Source: Sporopachydermia quercuum (lineage: Eukaryota). From it: a stretch of 64,000 nt of DNA. A program made the position numbers and the translations under genes. The stretch is from positions 1 to 64,000 of the forward strand of contig BCGN01000008.1 of NCBI GenBank assembly GCA_001599295.1, written 5' to 3'. The notes beneath the pieces were generated by a model, which had not been told where the DNA came from, did no database searches, and saw only the letters and a program-made list of their open reading frames with translations. This document shows, piece by piece, positions 44,369 through 57,935 of the stretch (within the stretch, counting starts at the first letter, position 1; each line of letters starts with the position of its first letter).

Positions 44369-44710
44369 ATGTATAGATAGAAAAAACCTAGTATACAATA
44401 AGAAGGGCAAGAGAAGATAGAGATAAGCATATAGAAACTTATCTTTGTGTGTCAATACAGAATAATTGGTAAATGTTTGAGCAATTGAATTCATTATGAG
44501 ATGCTATTAATATCAATAAATCAACGGGCTCAGTCATCCATCTCGAAAATAACTGAAGCATAAATAAAAACCAATAAAATGAACTCTATACAATCATTTA
44601 TGCTGATGAGCATGTATGTAATACAATAACGCGAGAGAATTGTTGAAGTTTAACTAACAGTAACTAACAGTAATGGAAACCGTTAGCTGCGACACACTAA
44701 TTAGCTACAC

Positions 44711-47221
44711 CTAATCAGTTCTTCTTGACTCTGTTCTTGAAAGGGAAAATCTGTTGGCAAATGATCTGATTGACCGTCCTTCAGATCCTCTAGTCAAGCT
44801 TCGGGCTGGTACACCAGTGGATGTACCTGGCTCATCACTGAAATCGACACCATCATGGAATAACCAATATCTAGCAATAATACTGAAGAAGCAAACAAGA
44901 CTAAGAATTATACCAACAATAATGAAGAACCATTTCAAATTTCCTTGATCCTGTCCTGGGACTGTTACGTTCATACCAAATAAACCAGTAACCAAGTTCA
45001 ATGGAACAAGTATAGTACCTATCAATGTTACTTTACCCAAAACCTGAGTGACTCTATTATTTGCATTAACAGATTCTACTTGTAGTTGAGCAAGATAATT
45101 TGCATGAGATCTTGAAAAGATTTTCTCATAGTTCGACAGATTTTGAGACATTGTCAGGATATGATCTTGAATATCGCCTAAGTAAAGAGTGACTTCAGCC
45201 TTTGGAGTTAAATTCCAGTGCTCATTACATCGTTTGGCAAACATCTTAATAACGTCAGCTTTACCAGCTAGCAATCGAATTAAAGTCATCACTTTTCTAC
45301 GGGCTTCGCCAATTCTTCTCAACATAAAAGCAAAGTCCAGTTCTCGGGCAACAAACACCGAATCTTCTATTGCGTCAGCTTCATATTCAATTTCATGAAT
45401 AACCGGAGCAAAAGAATCAGTAATATCATCAATAATCGCATAGGAAATCCAATCAGCAGAAACATCAACATATTCACGCAATTGTCGAATTCTTCTTCTA
45501 ACGTTGGCACAATGCTGAATTGGAGCAAAATGGAAAGTGAGAATTCCATCTTTGAATACAACAATGTAAACGTTAATAGGCTCCAAGAAGTCTTCAGACT
45601 CTTTATCTTGATCAAACGAATTGAAGCAAATGAAGTAATAAGACTTGAAAAGTTCAACCTTCTCACGAGATTCTTCTAACCTGATATCTTCAGCTGTCAA
45701 AGGATGAATGGCAAACGCCTTTGCTAAAACTTTCATTTCAGCATCGGTCGGGTTCATACAATCTAACCACCAAGTGCCATTGTCCTTATTGAAAAGGGTT
45801 TTGAAAGATTCACCTTCGTCAACCAAAGATGGAATATCTGTGGCATGGATGGTTTCGTCGCTACTGGAGCTAAAAAAACTAAACCGTTCAGGCATTTCAC
45901 CTCTGGCTTCATATTTATTCCCACCAAAGGTTACACCAGCATTGCTTTTCTCCGAAGGGCATTCACTTGATTTAGAAGCATCACTAATTCCACGAGCTCT
46001 TGATTTGACTGTTCCAGTGCCATTGGAGATTATTCTAGAAAGTTTCTGCATTCTGGATAAACCAGCTTTCTCATTAAGAATACCTGCTGGAGTGTATCTT
46101 TGGGCATTGTAAGAGCTTGAGTAAGTAGACGTCGTATCTGTCTCTTCAGCTAAACGGCAAGCAGTAATAAAATCATCGATTTCACCAAAATTAATTCCTC
46201 TGATTCTGCCATTTTCCTCGTGAATCATAGGGAAACAAACGTCTTCTTCGGTGTCTTCGGTTAAACTTGCTTGAGATCCTGTATCTGATTCAGAAGTGTA
46301 GACATTCTCGTCTTCACTGCCATTGTTTCTGTTATCATTGGAGACACCAGTGATGTTCCCAGTGTTTCCAGTAGTATTATTACTGTTGATATTGCCTCCT
46401 GAAGAGTTTTGATTTGGTTCTAAAGACTTCGCTCGCTTTCTACTTCTGGCAGTGTTTCTTCTACTATACTGCTTACTCTGTTGACCAGGAGTGTTACTAT
46501 TAGCGTTATTATTGTTACCACTTAGGCCAGCAATTTCACTATCGGCTTCAAGAGCTCGTAGTAATTCTGCTGGATTAGCTTTAGAGCCACTGTTACTTCC
46601 GTTGAGTAGAATTCCTCCATCGGGTGTACTTACCGCTGAACCTCTGGAATGAGATCTACTTCTAGATACAGAACGAGATCTGGTTCTAGACAAAGCGTTG
46701 GCCACAGCACTGGCAAGTTTTATCGGTCCCGAGATAATAGATTCACTATCGTTGGCACCAGAGTTCGAAAAAGTTCTATGATGTCTTCCTGGGTGTAAAT
46801 GATTGTTGGAAGTACTGTGAAACGTATATCTAGGAGCTCTGGTTGATTCGCTAAATTCAACAGAGGTGAAAGAAAGATTGTTGGATGAGTTAGGACCATC
46901 ACGCTTAGAATTCCCATTGCTGCTACTACTTGTTCTGTTTCTGCCGTGTTTGTCAGATGTTTCATTGGAAATTGCTAGCTTTGGAACCGACAGAGATACC
47001 TTGTCTGAAGGTTCGATTTCCGGAGAGCTGAGTTCATCAGAGTATAAAGCTTTGTCATGGTCATGAGGAATATCAAGATCACCATCAACAGAAGATGACC
47101 GAGAGCTTAGCCTTCTGATGGGAAGAGAAACCGGTTGGTTCCTATGGTCATGCAACTCAACATCCGTATCGTGATGAATTGTCACGGTAGGAGAAAGAAT
47201 GTGTTCTTCGTTGTCAGACAT
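44711..47221 (-). CDS. ALR1: CorA-family magnesium transporter Alr1/Alr2
   Basis: WWLDCMNPT, IHPLTAEDIR, ADWISYAIIDDITDSFAP, LYLGDIQDH, TGLFGMNV (GMN motif); long disordered N-terminus. Confidence 0.92.
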   Translation of the reverse strand: MSDNEEHILSPTVTIHHDTDVELHDHRNQPVSLPIRRLSSRSSSVDGDLDIPHDHDKALYSDELSSPEIEPSDKVSLSVPKLAISNETSDKHGRNRTSSSSNGNSKRDGPNSSNNLSFTSVEFSESTRAPRYTFHSTSNNHLHPGRHHRTFSNSGANDSESIISGPIKLASAVANALSRTRSRSVSRSRSHSRGSAVSTPDGGILLNGSNSGSKANPAELLRALEADSEIAGLSGNNNNANSNTPGQQSKQYSRRNTARSRKRAKSLEPNQNSSGGNINSNNTTGNTGNITGVSNDNRNNGSEDENVYTSESDTGSQASLTEDTEEDVCFPMIHEENGRIRGINFGEIDDFITACRLAEETDTTSTYSSSYNAQRYTPAGILNEKAGLSRMQKLSRIISNGTGTVKSRARGISDASKSSECPSEKSNAGVTFGGNKYEARGEMPERFSFFSSSSDETIHATDIPSLVDEGESFKTLFNKDNGTWWLDCMNPTDAEMKVLAKAFAIHPLTAEDIRLEESREKVELFKSYYFICFNSFDQDKESEDFLEPINVYIVVFKDGILTFHFAPIQHCANVRRRIRQLREYVDVSADWISYAIIDDITDSFAPVIHEIEYEADAIEDSVFVARELDFAFMLRRIGEARRKVMTLIRLLAGKADVIKMFAKRCNEHWNLTPKAEVTLYLGDIQDHILTMSQNLSNYEKIFSRSHANYLAQLQVESVNANNRVTQVLGKVTLIGTILVPLNLVTGLFGMNVTVPGQDQGNLKWFFIIVGIILSLVCFFSIIARYWLFHDGVDFSDEPGTSTGVPARSLTRGSEGRSIRSFANRFSLSRTESRRTD

Positions 47222-50178
47222 TTTGCACGAATTATGATGAATAAAGTGATGAATAACGAAGTAGAATGAACCAATAAATGTATTACTTGGTCAATTGCTG
47301 TTTTGCTTTGTTCCTTTCATAAAAAAGCAACTGTGCTTTCATTTATAACGCCAGATTAAACAATAAATATGACCGGTAGAACTAGTGTTAATACTACTCT
47401 TGGTTTAAAAGCAAACAAGGTAGTAATAATTATCGTAGAACTTGTCGTTGTCGTATAAGAACGAAAAAACAGAATTGATCATAGGTAATAAACAAATCAA
47501 ATGATGTATTTGATTCAAAACTGATGACAAAGTATAAGAGTCTCTTCTATATGTCGTAGATGATTTCTCTTATCTTTTTTTATTTAACTATTGGTGGTTA
47601 TACCGGTCNATGTTATAAACTGTCTGTAGTTTCCGTGTAGGTTGTGTTCTGTTGAATGGATTAATGTAAAATAATTTTGATGACTGATATATGGTAGCTC
47701 TTATTTCTCTTCTTCCTCCAATTAAGGTGGTCTATCAGTCTTTCCGTAATCTCTATGATTCCTTTGGACCCTGCTTTGAACCAAGCAAACAGGACCAAGA
47801 ACCAAACAAGTGTTTTGAATAGAGCCGGCCAGATTGGAAAATTTGTAGAGAAAAGCTTGAGGTCGTTCAAATAAACCTTTACAAAGATGATACTTCTGAT
47901 ATTAAACTTGTTTGAGTTATATCAGAGTTATGTCTCTTTTAATAGATAATATTTGAATGGAGTTTGCTTTGTATCTTAGTGGTGAGGTTGTATCTGAACT
48001 GGTCGCAGAGAAATGATGAATTCAGTTGCTTTTCAATTTATGATTATACAGAGAATGCTCTTACAACTGAAGATTCGGTGTAATTTTCGTCGAACCGATA
48101 GATTTAATGAATACTAATGATTTTGTTGAAGTGTTTCCGATCAGTATTCAACAGACAATGTAATGCAATACTTCAAATTGAACTGTTATTCTCGGTTAAA
48201 TGTCAGGTACTTGTACTTTCTATCGAAACTTGTAATAAATGAAAAGAGGATCTAATAATAATACTATTAATATCGATATTAGGTAGTTCTAGTTACTCAA
48301 CTGTATAAATATCTGTCAAATTTTGAATATCTTAGTTTCGATTATATTAACAAAGAGGAAAAATTTTATCTGAAGAATGGGTGAATAGTTGATAGAGAAG
48401 GAAGGAAAGCAGCAGAAAAGCAAGGCGTGCAATAAAATAATTTCCCATAGTGATAGTGAATAAGGTTTTTTATAAATAGAGTTTGAGAAGAAAACTTTTG
48501 TGAATATTATTAGAGAAATTCGATTGTCCTAGTCACAGTCAATGCTGGGACATAAAAGATTTGTTCGGTTTGTACCGAAACCCCCGTGGCGCGATTGTCA
48601 TGCGGGAGAAGTTGTGAGGAATACTAATAGAACCTGCTCTCAGACAAGAGAGAAGAGCCAACTTTATTGAGTATTTCGAGGGATGACAGAGAAGACGGGA
48701 TTGTAATTTTATGACAATCGGTCATAGGTTAACCCAAAAGAAGAGCTAACGAGGCTGAAGGTTGGATTCTGTTCGGAGTTGTGAATAAGGTAAAATAGTT
48801 GGGATGGTGGTATGATAGAGAAGGTGAGACTTACAAAATAAAAAGCAGTTCGGGGGCTAGTTTGAAAGGTTGATTATCTGTTTAAGAGTCAGTATTTTGA
48901 GACATCTTATTTAACAGTGCTTGACACAGTAGACAGGAATGATAGATAGTTCGCATAGTTTAGCTGAAATACTTGACTATAATGGCCTGTACATGCAAGT
49001 TTGACCAGCACCACTTCCGACTTACAAGCCAATCAGTTTTGTTTATAATTAACTCTGAAGAAATCATTATTGTAGAAGTTCTCTCGTTAATATCCTAAGA
49101 TCCCCATATATTTCATTAATTAATTTCTGCTACATTTACCAGAAAAAACTAAAAGTAAAAACAAATCTCATTATCTCGGAAACGATAATAAATAAAGTTT
49201 CTTCGGCTTGGGCTCCATAAACTTTAAGTATTTTGTCACGACTGACAAGCATAAACGGTGAGAGGATAAAGATTACACTTCACATGTGAAACTGAGTCGC
49301 AACAATTTGAGCAAGTTGAAGTTATGAAGAGATGGGTCTATATTTTTACAACATATAAATCACTCATAATAATCTATCATGAGAATTGCTGAATTTGGGG
49401 AGCCCAATTGAGCAGAATTGCATTGGATTAGGAAGGAAAATACTTTAAAGTCATACCTTTCATTTGATAGAGGATAATGATATATAAGCTCTATTCACTC
49501 AATTCAGGTCTTCGTCTGGATGTTGATTGGTGGTTTGGTGATTGTTTGCTTGTTTGGTTTCAAAATTGAGGTAATTTGTGGTGGCATAAGATGAGTTTGA
49601 ATATTTGGCTCGTTAATGGGTTGTTTACTGATCTTTTGCAACTAGCTTTTACCAGTAGGTGATCGTAGAGTTTGACATATCCGGCTATTATGTATTCAGT
49701 ACTCTATTGAGCCGAGATCAGGCATATTATCTAATCACAGAACAGTTAACGAAAGCTCAAAAGAATTCTTGTTATAGCAAAAGATAATCAATGAAACATC
49801 TTGTCCATTTTTTGTCATGCTTTTTGAGATTAGAAGTATCATCGAAACATTTGTTTCATTCCTAGCTGAATCGATCAGAGCACGTGCTCTGCTTAACTTG
49901 ACCTCACTTTATATCCCTAGTAACTGAACCAAACACAAGGGACAAGGATGCAGAAAAAACGCAAGATTGCTTTATTCTTCTGTATTCAACTAACTCCAAG
50001 CGGTACTATGTATAGACAATCTTCTCAGTCACTTTTTTTGGCATCAGATGGTCATCTCTTTTTCTGTATCAATAGTTCTACTATCATTCGCATTTGATGC
50101 GAACACTATCTAACCTCCAATTCAAATTACGTAATCATATGAGACATCTCGACATAGTCTCTTCCTATAACATCACAT

Positions 50179-50199
50179 CTCATCATGAAAATTTTTCAT
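50179..50199. promoter_or_regulatory. Adjacent PAC (CTCATC) and self-complementary RRPE (ATGAAAATTTTTCAT) upstream of EMW1
   Basis: Motifs lie ~190 bp upstream of the EMW1 ATG. Confidence 0.65.
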
Positions 50200-50382
50200 T
50201 CAGTATGTAAAATCGATTCTCACAAATAGAAAGATCAAAAAGCTGTTTAACTGGATTCAATAACAAAGGAGAATAGCCTTATAATCTATTAAAATGGATC
50301 TTAATGTAACCCTTGTATCGTCTTTTCAGAATATAAAGAGTATCATAAAAGTCGGGTTACTTTGAAAGTAAATTAGTATACA

Positions 50383-52950
50383 ATGGACTCAAGATTAATA
50401 ACACCGTTGATTCTATCATACTCTCTTGATTCGTTTCCATTGAATGAGCAAACAAATGAGGTAAAACAGTTTTTAACTGGAAAATACAGTTCAATTATCG
50501 AATCAAATAGAGGAATTTTTTCCATTAAACCTGAAGAAACTTTTGAAAATTTGGATCTTTCTGGCATCGTTACCCAGGGGATTTCGTGGAACAAATCATC
50601 AGAATTGAGCCAATTTTTTTATGCAGCCTCTATGCTCCAACTGTTCCTTCAAATCAATTTCACAGGTCCTACACCTCAGTTTGTTGATGAAAAAGATGAG
50701 TTTTCTCCAAAGGTATTACTTGCTGCCGTTCTTAATATTTCTGAACCAGTGGAAGATTCTTTCTTCAAAGAAACTGAAAAACAAAGTCTTGATGCCCTCA
50801 GTGTTGATGGACAATTACCATACTCCTTAGCATCATGTCCTTTTCTCTTAACAATCTCTTTGACTCTTCTAGCACATTTGACCAGCACTTCAAGGCCATT
50901 GGCCTTAGTAAGTCAATGGTGGTATTGTCGCGCTTTACTTATTCAACAAGCATTACTGGATGAAGATTCAGCCACTTTATTCTCCAAACTGAAAGGTCTG
51001 TTTGGTCAAGATCTTATCAGAACAATTAAGCTGGAAATTAATAAGGAATCAGAAGATACAATCAATGTTGTAGAGATAACTTTTTGTCTGGAATTAGCTA
51101 GAATGCAGATGACATTCACTCAAATGGAATCATCTTCAAAGACTAAGCTTCTTCTAGAAACGGCAGCTAAATTGTCTAACTTCTCATTCGGTGTTACCGG
51201 ACTGAAAGGTAAAAGAACGAAATTTCAAGAACGTGAAACGTCCCAGCTAGTTGTAGAAGCTGAAAGTCTTTCTTTGCAAGAGTCCTCTGGTACAGAATCT
51301 AGTAATAACGTATCCGTTCCTGCTAGTCAGCCTTTAAATTCCGATTTACTGTTAGAAACACCTGAATTCACTGGTCTGAAAGAAGTAACACCATTAGCTG
51401 ATTTGGACTCCATTATTCTGCTTCTTGAACAACATTTGATCAAAAGAAAGTCTCCTCATAATAATCCTTTGACTAACGAAGAAAGGCAAGCCTATATTAC
51501 CCGTATCATCAGTGCACCAATAGGCTCTGTCAATTGGTCGGTATTCTCTAGAGCTTTATGGATCAGGTCTACTCTAGAATCATCATCAGCAAAGACTGTT
51601 GAAAGAGGAACTTTTCAAATGCAATCTTTGGTTGACGAACTACGGCATTCAATCCAATCACGTTACATTCCCACTGCTAAGGAATCTTCTCAATCAGCTG
51701 ACGAAGGGCAAGCAACCGCTTTTATTAGATTGAAATATATTCATCTTCTACCACCTCTATCATCTTGGGACTTAGAAGTTGCATTAGCACAGCAATATTT
51801 GTCATTAGGTGCATTAAAATCAGCCGTTGAAATCTATGAGCATCTTGATTTGTGGGGCGAAGCTGCTTTATGCCACGCGGCTTCTGGAAATGAAAAAGCT
51901 GCTATTGAGCTATTGAACTCTAGATTAGAAGTTGATCCAGATAATGCTAGAGCTTTAACCATTTTAGGAGATTTGAAAGGAGATCCTTCCTTATGGGAAA
52001 AGGCGTGGGAAAAATCACATTATGGACCTGCCAAACGATCATTAGGTAAATATTACTGGTCTCCGCCTGCTCCTACACCAAGGGATCTTGATTTATGTAT
52101 TAAACATCTTCATGATGCATTATCTGTTAATCCCATGGATTACTCTACGTGGTTCATATATGGATGTGCAGGATTGGAATCAGAGCAATACGAACTAGGA
52201 GCAGAAGCCTTTACCCGATGTGTTGCATTGGATGAAACAGATGGTAAAAGCTGGAGTAACTTAAGTACATCTTTACTGAAATTGAACAAACAACGAGAAG
52301 CTTTTAATGCTTTGAAAAAGGCTGTGCGAACTATGAACGATGGCAAAAATTGGAAGGTTTGGAGTAATTATTTGAGTGTTGCAGCAGGATTAAGCGAATG
52401 GGATGACGTTCTTCTTGCTGAGAGAACAATCGTCAGTTTAAGGAAAGAGAAAGAAGGTGAATCAGCTATTGAAGATGCTGTGGTTGAAAAATTAGTATCA
52501 GTGTTGGTCTCCAGCAATAAAAAGGAAACGTTTACATTTTTTCAAAGAAGCTGTGTCAAATTTATATGTGAGGAAGTTGCTAGTTTAGTTACTTCATCTC
52601 CAAGGTTGTATCAATTGATTGCGAAGGTTGAGATATGGAGAGGGCGACCCAGCGCGGCTTTAGAATGTTATGAAAAGGCGTTCAGAATATACACTCATCA
52701 TCCTGAGTTAGATATAAAAGAAGAAGTCTGGAATGATGCTGTTGAGATGGCATGTGAACTCTGCGATGCTTATGTAAATCTGGGCGAAAGAGAGAAAGAA
52801 GGTTATCCTGGTGCATTAGTTTGTAAAGAATGGAGGTTCAAATGCAGAAATACTATCAGATTGTTGTTAGGCAAAGGTAAAACAATGTGGCAGGATTCTG
52901 AAGGATGGGAGAAGCTAAATGAAAAGAAAGAAGAGATCAATAAATTGTAA
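50383..52950 (+). CDS. EMW1: TPR protein Emw1 (TTC27 homologue)
   Basis: LFLQINFTGP, GKRTKFQ, NWSVFSRALW..SAKTVERG, TPR repeats (WFIYGCAGL..AEAFTRCVALD..SWSNL); upstream of ATP11-PHA2 as in S. cerevisiae. Confidence 0.88.
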   Translation: MDSRLITPLILSYSLDSFPLNEQTNEVKQFLTGKYSSIIESNRGIFSIKPEETFENLDLSGIVTQGISWNKSSELSQFFYAASMLQLFLQINFTGPTPQFVDEKDEFSPKVLLAAVLNISEPVEDSFFKETEKQSLDALSVDGQLPYSLASCPFLLTISLTLLAHLTSTSRPLALVSQWWYCRALLIQQALLDEDSATLFSKLKGLFGQDLIRTIKLEINKESEDTINVVEITFCLELARMQMTFTQMESSSKTKLLLETAAKLSNFSFGVTGLKGKRTKFQERETSQLVVEAESLSLQESSGTESSNNVSVPASQPLNSDLLLETPEFTGLKEVTPLADLDSIILLLEQHLIKRKSPHNNPLTNEERQAYITRIISAPIGSVNWSVFSRALWIRSTLESSSAKTVERGTFQMQSLVDELRHSIQSRYIPTAKESSQSADEGQATAFIRLKYIHLLPPLSSWDLEVALAQQYLSLGALKSAVEIYEHLDLWGEAALCHAASGNEKAAIELLNSRLEVDPDNARALTILGDLKGDPSLWEKAWEKSHYGPAKRSLGKYYWSPPAPTPRDLDLCIKHLHDALSVNPMDYSTWFIYGCAGLESEQYELGAEAFTRCVALDETDGKSWSNLSTSLLKLNKQREAFNALKKAVRTMNDGKNWKVWSNYLSVAAGLSEWDDVLLAERTIVSLRKEKEGESAIEDAVVEKLVSVLVSSNKKETFTFFQRSCVKFICEEVASLVTSSPRLYQLIAKVEIWRGRPSAALECYEKAFRIYTHHPELDIKEEVWNDAVEMACELCDAYVNLGEREKEGYPGALVCKEWRFKCRNTIRLLLGKGKTMWQDSEGWEKLNEKKEEINKL

Positions 52951-53441
52951 CATTAGGAAATATATTTATATTAAGACAAGGGCTCTTCTTTGCCCTGTTC
53001 ATTTCATTACATCAAACCTGTTGTTGTATTTTTCAGCTTCAAACATAATTATATCATAACTACGAATGTAATTACTAGATTAACAAGCAGTGGTCTGGTT
53101 TTTGCGGCACTAGTAGCGGTATCTCTACTTTATTCTACTATAAAACCAGGCTTAGTGCTCACACTTACTGTAATGTTTACGTAATCATAATGTAATGAAA
53201 TTTATATCACGTGATTGAACTTTTTGTCCCATGTCAGGGATAGCAGTTTTGTTGAGCATTCGATCAACTTCCTCATAGTAATGGAAACTTATCCAATGAC
53301 TATTTGATTTGACCTTTCAACTGCTCATTCATACTTCGCTGAAATACATTCTATCAATTACTAAGGCTTCATGTAGTCTGATGGAACATTGGTAGAAACT
53401 CAAAGATATCTAGCCAACATATTACGAAGAACTGCATAATA

Positions 53442-54510
53442 ATGTTGCGTAGTTCAGTAGCAAGGTTACCCAAAGGGTTCGTATTTCGGCGAAGTTACGC
53501 TGGGGTTGTGTCTTATCAATTTCAACAGGCATCATCTCCTTCTAAAACAGCCATCAAGGAGGACATTCTAGCCAGATATAAGGAAAAACTTCAACAAAAG
53601 GCTCAAGAGTAAGTATCAAAGATGTGTAGGAAAGAAAGAAAGAAAAAAGAGCTTTACATACAGGCTGTCATAGGATTTCAATAACTAACAATGGATGAAA
53701 AATAGAGTCGGTGCTAGGGATGTTGATGACTTATTAGTTAAACTAGACGATGACATCAAATCAGTTAAGAAAGAACTGAACAAGGTTGATCCTTTGGCTG
53801 AATTAGAGGAGTTTGAAAAACAGCGAGCTGCAGAGGCATCAGGAAAAGCAACAATCAAGAAAGTTCCTTCACCATTGAAGCCAGTCGATCCAAGAGTGAA
53901 AGCTGTTGAAAAACCAAAATATGTTACATTAGAATCATTTGTTGATGTGGAAAAGCTGTCAAAGCATAAAGAAGATGAGATCAGTTTAATATGGAGAGCA
54001 AGATTTCAATCAGACCCGAACAATTTGTGTGCAGTTATATCAAAGACTCAATATGAGACCATTTATAAGAATGCTCGTCAATATCCACTATTTATTTTAC
54101 CTTCATTACCAAAAGAGGGTGCCGGAGAAGGCGATGGGGGCTTGGAACTCCATTATATTCAATGGTCTTTTGTTGGATCTAGTACAACCCATTGCATTAT
54201 GACATCTTTAGTAGAATATAAACTACATGGCGAATATGCTAGACCCCATACCACATTAATATTCCATCATGAATTAGCAGGTTCACACGATATTTATCTT
54301 TTGAACGGTAAATTAGAGAAAGATTCTCCTACAACCATTCAAGACGCTCATTACCTAGTGATGAATTTACAAAGATTTTATGGTGTTGGCAAAGCTAAAG
54401 ACACTGAAGGTGAGAAAACGAGGGCGGCATTGTTAAAGAGTTTCAATTCTGGGAGTGATGATTTCAGTTTGGATGAACTTATACAAGAGGCGAAGAAGCT
54501 GATCGTGTAG
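53442..54510 (+). CDS. ATP11: Mitochondrial F1-ATPase assembly chaperone Atp11; exons 53442-53608, 53706-54510
   Basis: Presequence, then RYKEKLQQKA; TLESFVDVEKL, IWRARF, NARQYPLFILP, HYIQW, TSLVEYKLHGEYARPH; intron GTAAGT..ACTAAC..TAG. Confidence 0.93.
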
Positions 54511-55256
54511 GTATTTAGATTATTTTAATTACATTTTTTGGAAAGATATGACCTCCTTTCTGTCGAACGCACTTAGGGGCTTGCTTGTGGTGTAACTTCA
54601 GCTGTATGATTTAACGGTAAGCGAGAAATGATGAGGTATCATACAAAAAAGTCAATCAAATACAGCTGCCTTTAAGTACCGTTTTTATTAATAACTATTA
54701 TTTTCTTTGCAAAGCTTCTCTTCTCCACCAAGCTCTCCATTAAGTACTTCTCTAATTCATCTTCGCCACATATGCAATCAAAATTTGAGATAGGTATGAT
54801 CGCGTACTCACAAAGGAAGTACTTTTTCTTTGCAAAGAACAGTACTTTTGATATCTCATAAACCAGAAATTTATTAACACATATGAATGAATCAATACAT
54901 TACAATTATAGAATACAAATATAAGCAGACTAAATTCTTTCCTTTCGAATTATTCCTTTCACCTTCTCACCTATAACTCATGACCGGCAAAAATAATTGC
55001 ATACAATCAATCTTCATGCACTTCCCACATATTTCCTGGAAACGCACGTGATTTATAATTCCCCCTTCAGAATAATGTCATACAGCTTGTAATTGTAATG
55101 ATAAATTGCGTCTGTCGCTGCTTCCTATAAAATTATAAGACAAGAAGAAGGTATACTTATAATACTAAATATAATGTGTTGAGCTGTTTCTATTTTTATT
55201 TGAGGGGTTCCCAGTATAGTTTGAGCCTTGAAACCAGCATTTTTGTTCTGTATATC

Positions 55257-56625
55257 ATGTCTTCAGAAGATCGCACAAAAGTCGCTTTCTTGGGTCCCTA
55301 TGGGACTTATTCACATCAGGTAGGTAATATGCCGTTTATGTATGATAGAAGAATTAATAACAGTGACATTCTTCAGCAAGAATGTGACATGGAAAAACTT
55401 GTATTTTCAGGAAAGTATCAGAACTAACAAATTTAGGCTGCTTTGCAGGCTTTCGATATCAAAGAGGGTATTGAGTTTGTTGCACAGGCAACTATTGGTG
55501 GTACGTACTGAACTTGAACAAGGTATACATCTCAAGAGTCATGGAATGAAAGCACTTTCTTGAAACTTTTACTATCAATAGATTTTGAAATTAGAGGGTT
55601 ATTTCATTTTCATGCATATATGTATTATAAACATACTTCAACATATCTCCATCTCCAACGAATCTACAACTAATCTACAGCTACTAACATTTGCTTAATT
55701 AGATTGCTTTACAGCTCTACAGAAAGGAGAAGTTTCTTTCAGCATTGTTCCATTTGAAAACTCCTCTAATGGTAGTGTTATATTCACCTATGATTTACTA
55801 AGAGATTGGTTTCATCCCAATTATGGAACACCAAGTCTGAAAGGTGAACCAAAATTCAGAGTCGTGTCAGAAGAATTCGTTTCTATACATCATTGTCTCT
55901 TGATAGAAAAGAACCCAAAATATGATTCAATGCCATTGGAAGAAATATTAAAGAAAATCACAACTGTTTATTCTCATCCCCAAGTTTGGGGTCAGTGTAC
56001 CAAATTTCTTACTGACAGCTTGAAATCTGCCTCGCGAATAGATGTCAGCTCAACGTCCAAAGCAGCAAGTATTTTGTACGAAAAGAGACCATCTGAAGAC
56101 GAGGAAGAAGAAGGAATCATTGCTGCTATTGCTAGCAAAGCAGCAGCAGCGGTTCATCAATGTAGAATATTAATCCCTGGAATTGAAGATGTTAAGACAA
56201 ATACGACTAGATTTCTAACGTTTGCTCCTTCGAAAGATTTACCCGACAATGAATCAAAAAATGGTGCTACAGTGTCAAGCTATGTGGAAAATATGCTTAA
56301 TAGTATTCCTACTGTACCCAGTGGTAAAGATATTACTTTTTTAAGCTTTTCTGTAAGGCCTAACGATCCTGGAACGTTATGTGATGCCCTAAAAGTGTTC
56401 AAGGATTTCCACTTGAACCTTACATCAATTATGTCAAGACCAACAAGAATGAGAATTTGGGAATATGTGTTTTTTATTGAGTACCAAAATCATTTACTTG
56501 ATAAAGATACTAAGGGTAGAATAGTTGGGAAGAAGCTTTTGAATGAATTGTTTAATTCATGTTTAGATATAAAAGTAATTGGATCTTTCCCAAGGTCAGT
56601 GGATTATTGGAAACACTCAAAATAA
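55257..56625 (+). CDS. PHA2: Prephenate dehydratase; exons 55257-55319, 55437-55500, 55703-56625
   Basis: VAFLGPYGTYSHQ|AA, VPFENSSNGSV, YSHPQVWGQC, NTTRF, ACT domain PGTLCDAL..NLTSIMSRP..WEYVFFIE. Confidence 0.94.
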
Positions 56626-57021
56626 GAAAGAAGGAAAAGAAGATAATAAGAAGATGAGCGTAATAATTAATGAAAACAACGTAAATCATTTTTCAAGAAG
56701 AATCTTTCATGTATATAAACACTATTTAAAAATAACGGTAGGTTCTTAACAATACATAGGACAGAATTTGTAGCATATGTCAAATTAACTGCTATCTAAG
56801 CAATGAAGCATTGTGTGCATTATCTATTATTGAGCCCATTCTCGGAATATAAAACAACCAGGAATTACATGTTCGATTATTTACACCAACTATCCATTCA
56901 TTATTAAAAGTACTAGACAAAGTAAAAAAAGACAACAAATGAAGACAACAGATGAAATATTCTTGTAGCCTGATATCAATATCAACAACCAAAAAACTAC
57001 AAATTCAACCGTATTCATTTT

Positions 57022-57935
<914 letters not shown>

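Noticed and set aside
48013..48070. ATGATGA...CTGA pair (also at 62607-62672 and ~16236-16258)
   Set aside because: No recognisable rRNA complementarity or terminal stem; expected by chance in AT-rich DNA.
54545..54643. Imperfect ~100-nt hairpin after ATP11, considered as an H/ACA snoRNA
   Set aside because: No clear two-hairpin H/ACA architecture or guide; probably 3' UTR.
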